Shown here: in pieces, positions 26,792 to 38,675 of the stretch
Layout of the letters: each line of letters starts with the position of its first letter
How positions within the stretch are numbered: position 1 is the stretch's first letter
Assembly (NCBI RefSeq): GCF_018977255.1
Contig: NW_024704758.1
Location: 3,844,001 to 3,908,000, forward strand
DNA length: 64,000 bases
Source of the DNA: Callorhinchus milii
Lineage: Eukaryota
Direction: 5' to 3'
Position numbers and translations under genes: made by a program
Notes under the pieces: model-generated
Told to the model about the DNA's origin: nothing
Database searches by the model: none
What the model saw: only the letters and a program-made list of their open reading frames with translations

Positions 26792-26797
26792 AATAAA
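26792..26797 (+). terminator. GAL polyadenylation signal
   Basis: AATAAA about 180 nt after the GAL stop, at the end of an AT-rich 3' UTR. Confidence 0.65.
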
Positions 26798-26899
26798 ATT
26801 AAACGGCCGCAACAAAAGCATTTCACATCTTGGGAATTTCTTTTCATGTGTGAGTCTAGTGATCTCTGCAAATGCTGCACCTCTTCAGGAGTCCCTTCA

Positions 26900-27150
26900 T
26901 CCCATTTGATCCCATCCTTCTTATCTCACCCATCCACATTACCAATTTACTATCACAGTATCAAGCTGTTTCTTAAATTTCTCATCTTGTATCCTGATTG
27001 CTACCACCCTTCCTAGTAACCACTTCCAGTTGTTGACTGTCCACTCTATAAAGAAAACATCCTGGTGTTTATCCTTAAATTGCTCTTTACAACCCTCAAC
27101 CTGTGCTCTCCTGGTCCTGCAACCTTCAAATCTAATAGAATTGTCTAACA
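26900..27150 (-). mobile_element. Older CR1 3' fragment, antisense
   Basis: Minus strand reads like the CR1 3' end (…FFIEWTVNNWKWL…KFKKQLD), directly upstream of the plus-strand CR1. Confidence 0.55.
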
Positions 27151-27159
27151 ATTCTAATA

Positions 27160-28380
27160 GAATTTTTCGATGAGGTAATGGAGAGGGTGGATAAAGGTAG
27201 TGCAGTTGATGTAGTTTATATGGACTTTCAAAAGGCAATTGACAAAGTGCCACATGAAAGACTTGTAAGAAAGATAGAAGCCCATGGTATAAAAGGGACA
27301 GTGGCAGCATGGATCCAGAACTGTCTAGGAGACAGAAAGCAGAGAGTTGTGGTGAACGGCTGCTTTTCTGACTGGAGGGAAGTGTACAGTGGTGTTAGGA
27401 CCACTGCTCTTCTTAATATACATAAATGATCTGGAATTGGGTATAGCAAGCACCATTTCCAAGTTTGCGGACGACACAAAGTTAGGTTGGGTGGTAAACA
27501 GTGAGAAGGATAGGAGCCAACTGCAGGAAGACATAGACAGAATGGTAAAATGGGCAGACACATGGCAGATGAGTTTCAATATGGAGAAATGTGAAGTAAT
27601 GCATTTTGGTAGAAAGAATGAGGGGAGGCAACACAGGCTAAGTAATACAATCTTAAGGGGGGTAAAAGAACAGAGAGACCTGGGGTGCAGGTAAATGAAT
27701 CCTTGAAGGTGGCAGGACAGGTAGATAAAGCTGTAAAAAGGGCATATGGAATACTAGGCTTTATAAATAGGGGCATAGAGTACAAGAGTCAGGAGGTTAT
27801 GATTAACCTACATAAAACACTGGTTAGGCCTCAGTTAGAATACTGCGCCCAGTTCTGGGCACCACACTATAGGAAGGATGTTAAGGCATTGGAAAGGGTG
27901 CAGAGGAGATTTACGAGGATGGTACCAGGAATGAGGGACCTTGATTATGAGGAAAGGCTAGAGAGGTGAGGATTATTTTCATTGGAGCAGAGAAGGTTAC
28001 GAGGAGACCTAATAGAGGTCTTCAAAATCATGAGGGGATTTGATAGGTTAGAAAGGGAAAAACTGTTTCCACTAGTGGGTGTGTCAGTGACTCGAGGTCA
28101 CAGATTCAAAATAGTCTCTAAAAGAAGCAGAGGGGAGGTGAGAAGAAATGTTTTCATACAGCGAGTTGTTCGAATCTGGAATGCATTGCCTGAAAGGGTG
28201 GTCGAGGCTGATTCGATAACTACTTTTAAAAATGAGGTGGACGGGTATTTGAGGAGGACGGGTTTGCAGGGTTATGGGGAAAGGGCTGGGGAGTGCGATT
28301 GACATTAATTGCTCAATTCAAAGAGCCAGCACAAACTCGATGGGCTGAATGGCCTCTTTTTGTGCTGTAAGATTCTATGT
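27160..28380 (+). mobile_element. 5'-truncated CR1-clade LINE (RT C-terminal half plus 3' UTR), frameshifted
   Basis: ORF pieces VDVVYMDFQKAIDKVPH, VLGPLLFLIYINDL, SKFADDTK, LVRPQLEYCAQFWAP, RRLRGDLIEVFKI; ends in the CR1-type tail gattctatg. Frameshifts and a stop make it inactive. Confidence 0.92.
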
Positions 28381-29089
28381 ATCTGAAAATGATGTCTGGG
28401 TTTACCTTTCTCAACCCCATTTGACATTGTACTCTATAAATCTATCAAAGACCATGCTATGGCCACCTCCCCCTTGCTCAGTGTCCAACTCTACCATTGT
28501 GTAATACTCTGATGCTATCTTGCATGTAGAGCTCCATATAAATGCAATTAGTTATTCTCCCTTCTGAGATGTCTCAGATGACACAGATATAAGGTAATAA
28601 CCAAAAGAGCAAGTCAACTTTGCTTCTTTCCTCTGGACTACTTTAATGCCAGGGATGCCCTCTTATATAGCACTGACCAGATTAGTACAAGTTGTTTCTC
28701 TCAGTATAGCTGCTGGAACAAAGATAGTGTGCAGCGTTTAGTTTTAAGTTCAATAAGTAATTATTTGATCTCATTGGAGATGAGATCCAGATGGCCCTTG
28801 TAAAAGGTGCTTGCGTGCACTGATCAACCTTCTCCATGAAACAAAATCATATTTCCTGAGTTGATTACATTACAATGATACACTGTTCTGCCAGTGGTAT
28901 TAGATATAGAGGTTCCTCAGCTGTGCCATGGGGTAGATAAGCTTCTGACACCTGTTTATTAAAATGGAATAGGACACTGGTCCCTTGTGATCTAAAAGTA
29001 CAGCTGTGGCTGCATTTAACCCATAATTGACTGGATGAAATCTGACAAGTGTAATTTTTATCCGTACTTTTAAATGAATGTGGACAAGA

Positions 29090-29810
29090 CAGAAGCCATA
29101 CTTCCATCAACGTCTTCCCTCCTACGGATCTGAACTCCTCAACCTCCCTGCCTCTCCTCACACTCAATCAGTGCACAATTTAGGCATTTCTCCCCCACAT
29201 CCAGTCCCTGACCAGGACCGTCTTCTTTCACCTCAGCCACATTGCCCACCTCCGACAGTACCTTACCCCAAAGGCAGCCAAAACTCTTGTGCAGGAGTTT
29301 GTCAATTCCCGCCTGGATTACTCAAATGCCCTCCTTGCTGGTCTCCCCAGCTCCACTATTCAAAAGATCCAGCTCATTCAGAACTCTGCCACTCACGTAC
29401 TTACCCGGACCAAACTCCATACCCACATCTCACCAGTTCTGGCCAAGCTCCACATCACCGAATGGATTGACTTCAAGATCCTCACACTCATGTTCAAATC
29501 TCTTCACTTTCTGGCACGTCCCTACTTCTCCGACCTCCTCACTCCCCAATCCACCATCCGGCGCCTCTGTTCGACTGGCACCGGGCTCCTGCTCATCCCT
29601 CACACCCTCCGCCCCATCATCAGAGGTCGCGCTTTCAGCTACTATATTCCAAAACTCTGTAACACTCTCCAACAGTACCTATGCCTTGCTCCCTCTCTCC
29701 CCTTTTTCATGTCCTGCTTGAAAACCTTCCTGTTCGACCGTGCTTGCAGCCACCACCACCACCCCCTTCCCCCCCGCATGGACCGCACTATATAGTGCAA
29801 GTTGTTGTTG
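29090..29810 (+). mobile_element. L2-clade LINE 3' fragment
   Basis: SRLDYSNALLAGLP…QLIQNSATHVLTRT…IDFKILTL…GRAFS…LKTFLF, followed by a tatatagtgcaag(ttg)n tail. Confidence 0.85.
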
Positions 29811-30249
29811 TTATCCATGTATTTTTAAAACGAGCATAAATCTCAATTCGTGATAGACATCCATAATCAGCAAGTTTTCCTTATCTAAATCCAGGAGATG
29901 TCCTGCAATAAAAAAAAATCTCCCGCCACGGGTGTCGGTGCCCAAGCAAGAAGGGAGATGGGGGTTAGGAGCGCTCGAGGACACTACTCTGTGTGAGGCA
30001 TGCAATATAAATTCAAGCGGTTGTTGTTATTGTTTGTCTCTGTTAGTTCTCATCCCTCCAAGGGAAGTCCGGGGAAAGAGAAGGAGCGACACTGGAGTAG
30101 CTCATGTGAACCTCAGCAGAGGGTTAGATGCTCGGCCCTGGTGTCCAGTCTCCATCCCTCCCCAGCCACCTCCTTTCCCCTGTGCTTTGCCTCACCCCCC
30201 ACTCCCCCCCCCCACTCACCCCCCCCCTCCCCACCGCCTTGTGCCTGGC

Positions 30250-30466
30250 GTTGGTTGCATTTGACGCCTTCACAGTGCTGGAGCGCACATGGCGCTGGAG
30301 ATCGCGAGGCGCATGCGCAAGGCGGGGGCTCCGGACCACGTGATGAGGGCGGCGCGGCTGCAGGCTCACAGGGCGCAGGCGCAAGGCGGCTCTGATCACG
30401 TGACCCGGGCAGCCGCCAGCCGACCGCTCACACGGCGCGGAAAGTTTGCTGCGACCGAAGATGGCG
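30250..30466 (+). promoter_or_regulatory. COX6A CpG-island promoter with NRF-1, E-box, ETS and YY1 motifs
   Basis: GCGCATGCGCA 30309-30319, CACGTG 30337-30342, GCGCAGGCGCA 30373-30383, TCACGTGAC 30396-30404, CGGAAA 30438-30443, AAGATGGCG 30458-30466 overlapping the ATG. No TATA box seen. Confidence 0.75.
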
Positions 30467-33400
30467 ACGGCGGCGCGGTGGGGGGCGTCTGGTGCGAAGC
30501 TCTGCAGGCGGATGACCACCAGCGGCCAGGCTCACGGACACGAGGGCTCAGGTAACCCAGCGGGGAGCCGTGAGGCCGGCGGTCGGTCAGCCAAACGGTA
30601 ACCGGCCGCGGGAGCCGCCCTTCACACCGACCTTCCCCGCACAGGCCCCCGCGCGCGACCCTCACCTCACCTCACCGGAAACCCCCGGCCAGTCGGTTTA
30701 AAAAAAAACCGTTAGCGGAGGGTCACCGGCTCCAGACCCCGCGGTGGGGCTGTGGGGGGGGAACGCAATGACTTTCAGATGTGCTGCGCGAAGTTGGGCA
30801 CCTTTAAGAATTTCCGGGCTCGGCAGAGCGGCTGAACGGACCCATCCAAACCCGTGAGAGTGTTTAAGAGTGGCGTAAAAAGCCACTCAAAACTACTTCC
30901 TCCCCTCTGCTTTCCGCCGAGTGCAACCTGTTGGCTCTGTTCAGTTTAGCGGCACTGCGGCCGGAGGTGAACGAGAGCCGTGTCCTTGACGCTGACCTCC
31001 CACTCAGAGAGAGAGAGAGAGAGACAGAGAGAGACCACCGGAGGACACTCACTTTGCGACGTTTACCAAAGGAGCAAATCTCTGGTAAACGTCGACCCTC
31101 CCGACCCCGGGGGCTTCTGCTCTGACCTTCTATGGCATTCCCTCCTGTAACTCACACCGACAGGAGAGACGAGGAGACTTGGGGGGAAAGGCAACAAAAG
31201 TGAAATATGGAGAGAGAGAGAGAAAAAAAAACCTCAAGGAAAAAAAAAAGATGTGAATGGAAAGTTTCCCGACGAGGGGCACTCTTCATTTTATTACAAT
31301 ATCTCGGTTTCAATTTCCACTCATTGAAGTGAAGCAGTTCACTGAAAGGCTGTCCTTCACCCTCTGGAGGGCAGAATTGGCTTCTGATTTTTGTAGGACT
31401 AACTAATGATTAACGTTATTTCAAAATGGTAAAAGCCCAACACTGATGTCAGAATTGATACCAGAGGTTTCAGAGCACAGGGAGGACACGTAAGAACATA
31501 TTCTGCTATTTTAGTGCCTTTGACGATCATTAGTGACAGCCTGGCTCAGTGGAAGCACTCTCGCCTCAGACAGTTGTGGGTTCAAGACCCATGTTAGGAC
31601 TTGGACTCACATAATTTAAGCTGGCATTCCAGTGCAATGCTGTTATGTTGTCTGAAGTGCTGTCCTTTGGATGAGATGTTGAACTACCTGTTCAGGTGGA
31701 CGTTAAAGATCCTACTATTCGAAAAGAGAAGGGAGTTTGTCCCGGTGTCCTGGCCGACAATCTCCCAGATAAAATTGGTGATTCAATTCATGGCTGTTTG
31801 TGCAACATTGCTGTGTGCAAATTGGCTACCCATTTGCTCACAAAATACAGTTATTCCACTTCACAGTAAATTCTGTGAAACTCTTTGGGATGTCCTCCCA
31901 AAATGAAACGCCTTATACCAACTGCAAGGATTATTATTATTATTTAATACCCCAGTGGATAAAAGAAAATTTCAGGATGTCAGCCAGCACTGCCATCTCC
32001 CAAAATAGTCTCTTGTCACTACTATGGGCAACGTCTCGACCTCACATTTTTTTTATATGACCTTTAAGAGATGTTTTCAGTGTTGACACCTGAGCACCCA
32101 GCATATGGTTGGGTTTCCCTCCCAAGACCATTTTACAAAGAATATCAGGAAAAATTGAGACTACCAATGGATTAAAAAAAAGAGAAGTCGCTAGGAACAC
32201 TCAGCAGGTCAGGCAGCTTCTATGCAGAAAGGAAAGTGAGTCAACATTACGCAGTATTTTGCAAAATGGATAAAAAAGAGATGCTTCCACAAGGTGTCTA
32301 AGCATGCATCTAATCTTGAACAGCAACATGCATTTATATAGCATCCGTGGAGACCTGTAGCTCAGTGGTTAGAGCACTCGCTTTGCAAGTGAGAGACCTG
32401 AGTTCAATTCCAGGCAGAGGGCGAAACCTTGGGCAAGTTTCCTTACTCCACACAGAGCCTAATAATAATCCCTCCAAAAAAAAAAAACCAATCATAAATT
32501 GGTCATTTTCAATCTACGACTGTTTGTGGGACATTGCTGTGCGCAATTGGCTGCCGCGTCTGCCCACAAATATACAGTCAATTCACTTTACAGTGTATTC
32601 TGTGAAGCGCTTTGGGACGTCCTCCCGACGTGAAAAGCGCTATATCAATTGCAAGGATTATTATTATTATCCTTCATGCGGGCTAATGTCCCGGAGCGCT
32701 TCTGATCGTACCAGTTTCCTTCAAAAGTGTGGTCATTGCATCTTCAGTGCACTGGGTTCCACTCAAGGCAGCTGAGCTTGGCCCCCTTTCTCTGGAAACT
32801 TCTGCCTGGGCTTCAACAAATGTTCATCTAGAAAAGGCAGGACCTATTTCTGACTGAGATTTTGTCTTTGGCCTCTCCTCTCTCCCAATTCTTTTCTTTT
32901 GCTTCTAATTGTTTATCATGTGATGGTAGCAGAGCCTTAGGAGATCAATGCTGAGTGTGCATACAGTTATGCTGGAAGCAACAGTACGCTAATCTACCCC
33001 AAACAGCATTTCCATTCAAGTATAATGTTTCAAAGGGTTTATATCAATCTCAGAAGAAAATTCTTGTCCCATTCCACTCTCACCTGTACAATAGGGGTCT
33101 GTTTTAGGATGGAATTTCCTTTTCATTTCATGACAAAATTCTTCCAGTGATGTTTAAATTGGTTGGTGCGAAGCAATGGTCACTGTTAATAGAATTAAAT
33201 CCAATACTTGACTCTTGTTTGTGGGACCACAATATTGTGTTGTGTGTAAATCTTTGATAATGTGGGGTCAGTGCATTCATTCCTTCAGTCCCATATCTAT
33301 AATGTGGAGTTTCGTGTGTATTTTTTGAGAGCTACTTTTGTTTGGAATTTCTTTCACACATTTTATTCTACTCTCTGGATAGGAAGGAAGGTTTCCATTC

Positions 33401-34690
33401 TCTAGCCCCACTTGACTTTCCAAAAATGTTTAAACATGTGCCCTCTACCTGTGTTCTCACCAAATTGAGAAGCTCCTGACTTTGTCAACCGTGCCTCTCA
33501 GGATTTCAAAATACTTGAATTGTGTTCTCTTTATTTCAAAATACCTGAATTGTGTTCTCTTTATTTCTCTAAGAAAACCAGATTCACCTGTGCAATACTT
33601 TCTTCAAAAGTTAGTGACCCAATTCCAAGAATTACGGGCATCAGTCTCCTCTAAACCCTCTACAAGGCATCAGTGGCTTTAGGAAAAAACGATGCAGCCT
33701 ATCGGCTGTGCTGGCTGTTTGGAAGAGCAAGCCATGCAGTCCCATTTAACTTGCCTTTTCCCCCATAACTCTGTAAATTACTTAATTTTAGACATCCGTC
33801 AGTCACCAAAGCTCATCTCCAGAATAAACTCCCCACAGAATAACTTCAGGGGCTTTTGTAGACTATTCTGCTGACTTGAGCTCTGAAGATAATTACAGGT
33901 GAACTAGAATTGCCAGATCTCGATCAACTGTCCTCTAAAGTACATGGAGGTGGACAACATCACAAGGTTGTCCAGATGAAGAAGGCCCTTTGGCCCATCC
34001 CTCCAGAAAACCACCCTACCAGCTCCCCATCACAGCATCGAGCTGCTATTTTTTTAATATAAATAAGTCCAGTGTCCTGGCCTCAACCACCTTTCCTAAG
34101 ACTTGGTTTCCTACCCTGAGTAAAGAGATGGTATACATCAAATCTGTGACATTAACAACAGCTTGTGAACTTCACCGGATCTACATTCCTCTCCCTTAGG
34201 CCCATGTTTGGCACCATTACAATGTGCAAGATAACACATTCTCTCAGCTATCTATCTGACTCTTTTGATTTTCAGCTCGTAAATGGAAGATCCTGTCTTT
34301 CACGCTGGCCATCCCCGGAGTTGCTGTCTGCATGCTGAATGCTTACCTGAAGCAGCAACATGAGGAACAGCCTGAATTTGTGCCTTACACCCATCTCCGT
34401 ATCCGTACTAAGGTACCACTGAAATGCACAAGGCCATTTATTCTTTATCGTCAGGGCTGAGTGGGTACAACTTAAGTAATTATGTTTGCAAAGGAAAGAT
34501 TTGTACAGTATTATAAGAAGATACTCTTATAAAGCCAGACTATTTTGACGTTTTCCCTCTTCTCTCCCCACTCTGATGCCCTTTTATTTCTTTTACATAG
34601 CAATTTCCTTGGGGTGATGGGAATCACAGCCTCTTCCACAATCCACACACCAACCCACTGCCCACTGGCTATGAGGGTGGCAAACATTAA
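30461..34690 (+). CDS. COX6A: Cytochrome c oxidase subunit 6A, mitochondrial precursor, 105 aa
   Basis: Exons 30461-30551 ([30 protein letters not shown]), 34276-34412 ([46 protein letters not shown]), 34601-34690 ([29 protein letters not shown]). Carries the HLRIRTK/PWGDGNH/FHN signature. A1 versus A2 unresolved. Confidence 0.95.
31530..31945 (+). mobile_element. Older Deu-domain SINE (SacSINE1/AmnSINE-like)
   Basis: tRNA-like head ggctcagtgg…gggttcaag, core ggatgagatgtt…caggtggacgttaaagatcc…gtgtcctggcc, L2-type tail. Related fragments at about 14700-14960(-), 22590-22810(-), 48820-49120(+), 54500-54760(+), 63330-63660(-). Family name is from recall, not a search. Confidence 0.65.
32349..32670 (+). 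mobile_element. Young tRNA-derived SINE in COX6A intron 1
   Basis: Same head, body and (TTA)n tail as the 7232 copy, without the 3' extension. Confidence 0.9.
33503..33567. repeat. 30-bp tandem duplication
   Basis: atttcaaaatac(t/c)tgaattgtgttctcttt twice. Confidence 0.9.
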
Positions 34691-34808
34691 ATGCCTAACA
34701 TGCAGCAACGTCTCCTGCCAACCCCACACAGCGTGCCAAAGTGAACTATCATGATAATCAACTCAAATGTACAACTGAAGATAATCATGTGTAACCCTGA
34801 AAATATAC

Positions 34809-34814
34809 AATAAA
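34809..34814 (+). terminator. COX6A polyadenylation signal
   Basis: AATAAA about 120 nt after the stop codon. Confidence 0.7.
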
Positions 34815-37521
34815 AGCTTTACATGAGCTGCAGTCCTTCATTTCTGAACTTTGTCTACAATCTTGGGGAAACATTGCTTTTCCAGCAAGCTCTCCACACA
34901 CAGGTCAGGGTTTTCGCAAGGCTTTCTACAGTCAAGTCATTTTTGGGAACCAACACGAGACAGATTTCATAGACCTATATTGCTTTTGGTTGAGAGTTAA
35001 AACATAGTACTTGTTCTAGAAGTACGTTTGCAATGTTTCGTCAGTCATATGAAAAGGGCAGACAGGAAATGGTTCAGTACAGAGCAGAGCAACGAGGAAT
35101 ATCTCACTGTAGGGTAATGAGCTCTGAACAACTGGACAAGCTTCAGTCTGAAAAGAGAGCACCTTATAGAAGTATATACAATGTTAAATGGAACAGACAG
35201 TAAACTGCACAATACTTTCTGATGTCCTGGCCAACAATTCCCCAAATAAAAGGGGTCATGCACTTCATGGCTATCTATTTGTGGAACATTACTTTGTCAA
35301 ATTGGCTACCGCATTTGTCTGAAAAATACAATCACTGAATTCTGCAGTGAAAAAAATTGTGTGACCCGCATTGTGACGTCTCAATGAGGGGATAAGGCGC
35401 TATAGTAAATGCAAGATTATTATTTATTATGTACTGAGCCAGAGGACACAGGTTTAGAGTTGCAAAAGGCAATTTCAGGACAGACACTAGGACGTATATT
35501 CGGAGGTAATGACTGGAACAGGTTATCAGGGAGGGGGGTAGAGGCCAGGACACATCTTGAATATCGTGGTAATAGGAATGGAGGAAGGATGAGATCAATT
35601 GGGCCAAAGGTCTTTTCATCTGAACTATAATCTTGTGTCAACCTGTACGGTAGCACTTGTTGAGGAGTTCACAGTGACTCCGGAAAAGGAGTTGAAGAAC
35701 TTGTGAGGAGGGGAGGCCTGATGGATTGAGGGCTTTGTAACGATATAACAAGTGCATTGCTATGTTAAGATAGATTCTGTTACATTCAAAACCGGTCCCT
35801 GGAAATAGTGGGCTAAGTTTCCACGTGTTTCAATGAATTCTAGGTGGGCTAAATAAAAACTGGACAATCTTCAAACGTTTGCGACAGGACAGCTGCCTTT
35901 AATTATTCAAAAGCTACTGCAATGTGGGAGGAAGGGATGAAAGCATCACTTGTGGGTTTTGATGCTCCATGACTATAAAGGCAATGTGTTTGACATTTAG
36001 AATTAAAAGACATACACACAGTAGTCAGAGAACATATAGTTCAGGTTCTCTCGAGTGATACAGAGAAGCATTTCTTTCTGCACTGCTGTTGGGGACACAG
36101 ACCATAACATAGGTAAGACTGTGAAGAGAGTTTCTGTACATTGTCCAGAAATAAGAGCTAAAGGTGAATATGTTGTGAAAACGGGACAGCCAAATGACCA
36201 GAATGAATGGAATGAAATGAAAGAATAATTTAAAAAATTGAGTCAATGAGAAGAACCCAGACGATCTGAATTCTGATCCATTCAGGCTTCCTGGTCTTAG
36301 CTGGGGCTGCAATGAGCAAGTTAAATTGGTCCCAACCAGCCTGGCATTAGGGAGGGGAGAGCAACCAGGTGTTTGGTCCCAGTCCCTCTTTCAACAGGAG
36401 GTACAGGGAGGTGATCAGGAGTTAGAATTCTTGTTTAAACCCTCCACAGCTTAAGGTTGCTGAGGCTAATTATAGTAACCTCAATAGCAGCTGAAATTGG
36501 CTAATTCAGCACAGACAGTAGATCAAACTTGGGGTCTTCCTGGTGTCCGTTTGTCTACTGAACAATCCAGCTATGTTTGAGTTCCTAGCCAGTTGTTAAT
36601 CTCTGTGTGTAATCCTGTGTCAGTAAGTGACCAGATTGTGGAGGTATCACAACAGAGAACTGTCTTGTCCTGAGGTCTGAAATTCCACCTAGTTTCATTC
36701 TGTAAAGACATTTAATTTTAAATTTTAAGATCGGACACAACTGTGGAAAATCCTTCAATTTTATTTTAATTTGAAGATGATTGTTTGCAAACTGAGGGAA
36801 ATTGAGATTGAATTTAAGGTTTTTTACAATATTGGGCATTATTACATTTTAAGCAAAATAATTGGCATTTCGGGACTCTGACTCGGTAACTTGACTATCG
36901 CAATCTTCAGCTCAGCATCGTATGAGAAGACAGGGTATTGATGTTAGCAAAGTAATACTGTAATCTGTGTCCCCCAGCGTCCTGATCAGTGAGAAACTCA
37001 GCTCCACTGAATGCGTTTATGATTTAAGACTAGGTAGAATTTCAGACCTCCTGACTCGTATTTAAACACTTCCATCAGATCTGGTGGATTGATGGAAAGC
37101 ATAGATAATTTGGGAGGAGGAAGTGGCAGAGAGTGGATACTTTCTTTGTTGCCTTGGGGGCAAAAGGCAAGAGATGCGCGAGGTGCTCCAAGGTTAACAA
37201 TTAGAGACGTCTTGTATAAATTGGTCAATCAATCCACAACTGTTTGTGGGACGCAATTTGCTGCCAGGTTTCACCCACAAAATACAGTCAATTCACTTTA
37301 CAGTATATTCTGTGAAGCGCTTTGAGATGTCTCGAAGACGTGATAAGGCATTATATCAAATGTAAAAATTATTAGTATCCCTTCAACGGTTTGAAAAACG
37401 TAAACATTTCATTCTCTTAACAGATACAAATTTCAAAATCTGAATAATAGAAAGCTGCTTTTTGAAAATAACATTACAGGAAGATTTGCTTATTTCGTAT
37501 TGAAACAACTTGAGATCCCAG

Positions 37522-38675
37522 ATGTATCACACTGGTTCTGATAAGGACTGGAGAGCAGAGAGCTTTCTCCACAACAGCCAGTGGAGGGAAGGCTCGACTT
37601 TCACCAAGTTGAATGGTTCCAGTCTAAAGCAAGTGAACATAAAGATAATGAATGACTGGAACTGTGGTAGGAATCCTCTGGGCTCAATTTTCAGTCGATC
37701 TATTGTGAAACTACCTGAAACCAATGAAGACCAGTTTTTTTTGGCGGAGTTACAGAAGAGTGAGAAGAGCCCAGTGTTGCACCTGAAACGATGTGCACTT
37801 AAAGTCAGACCACTGGAGGCAGTGAAGCCCTTGGAGATGGGTGGCATTTCAGAGAGAAGGACCCTCGATGCCTGCTTGAATGAACGTCTTGAGTGTGAGG
37901 GAGGTATCAGACATTTGGGTGTAGACCTTCCTAGAAGAGCAGTGGCCCATGCTCAGGCTTCGAAGCTAGAGTTCTGGTCACATAAGAAAGGATTTGGACG
38001 CAAAGTAAGTAAAGTTCAGCACAAGAGTAACAGGTTAGCTGAAGGATATCTGAAATCATTGCTCCTGCAAGCCATGTCAAAGTTCCAGGAGTTGAGAAAC
38101 TTTACAGAAAAATGGAAGTCTTGTCCTTACAAGACGACAGTAATAGGAAAGGTGTTTTGCATGATCTGAACTTTAAAGTCACACAGGAGCCTATTAATGT
38201 AAACATCTCACAGCTAAAACGCTCCAGAACCAATGAAGTTAGAACAAAACTAGACAGAGTCCACTTACCTTTGCCCCTTAGTGAAAAAGACAGGGAGTCA
38301 CTTTTGGAAAATAATTCCCACTTCATACATCTCCGAAAGAAGATACACTGCTCAGATGAAACAGGGCTGGCTTCATCACACAGGGTTTTCTTTAAAAGTA
38401 CAATGGATGATGCTTCAGAAAGGAACTTCAAATCTCTTGTGTCAAGCAGTCCAGCAATGCATCGGCCCCAGAATCCTGCCTTCCTCATGGAGCAGCCCCC
38501 ACGTCCCCATTTCCTACCAGCCATTCAACACAAGTGGTCCAGTCTGACTGTGCCAAGAATCTTACCCGAAAATACACCTCCTCCATCGCCTCTTAAAAAT
38601 AACTCATTTGATGTGCCTGAAAGTCTGACAATAACGGTCCCTTCAATACAGTTGAGGAAGCAAAACAGCAAATGA
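37522..38675 (+). CDS. Uncharacterised single-coding-exon protein (~384 aa if one base is restored), or a recent pseudogene
   Basis: Two overlapping non-repeat ORFs (37510-38169 and 38112-38675) join in frame if the A5 run at 38108-38112 is A6 (…NFTEK|MEVLS…). ATG at 37522; acceptor ttctcttaacag| at 37423/37424 upstream. No family recognised. Confidence 0.5.

Noticed and set aside
27160-28380. Possible active or domesticated reverse transcriptase
   Set aside because: 5'-truncated with several frameshifts and a stop; an ordinary dead CR1 copy.
30000-31125. Cluster of overlapping GC-rich ORFs
   Set aside because: Expected by-product of stop-codon scarcity in the COX6A CpG island; only 30461-30551 is supported as coding.
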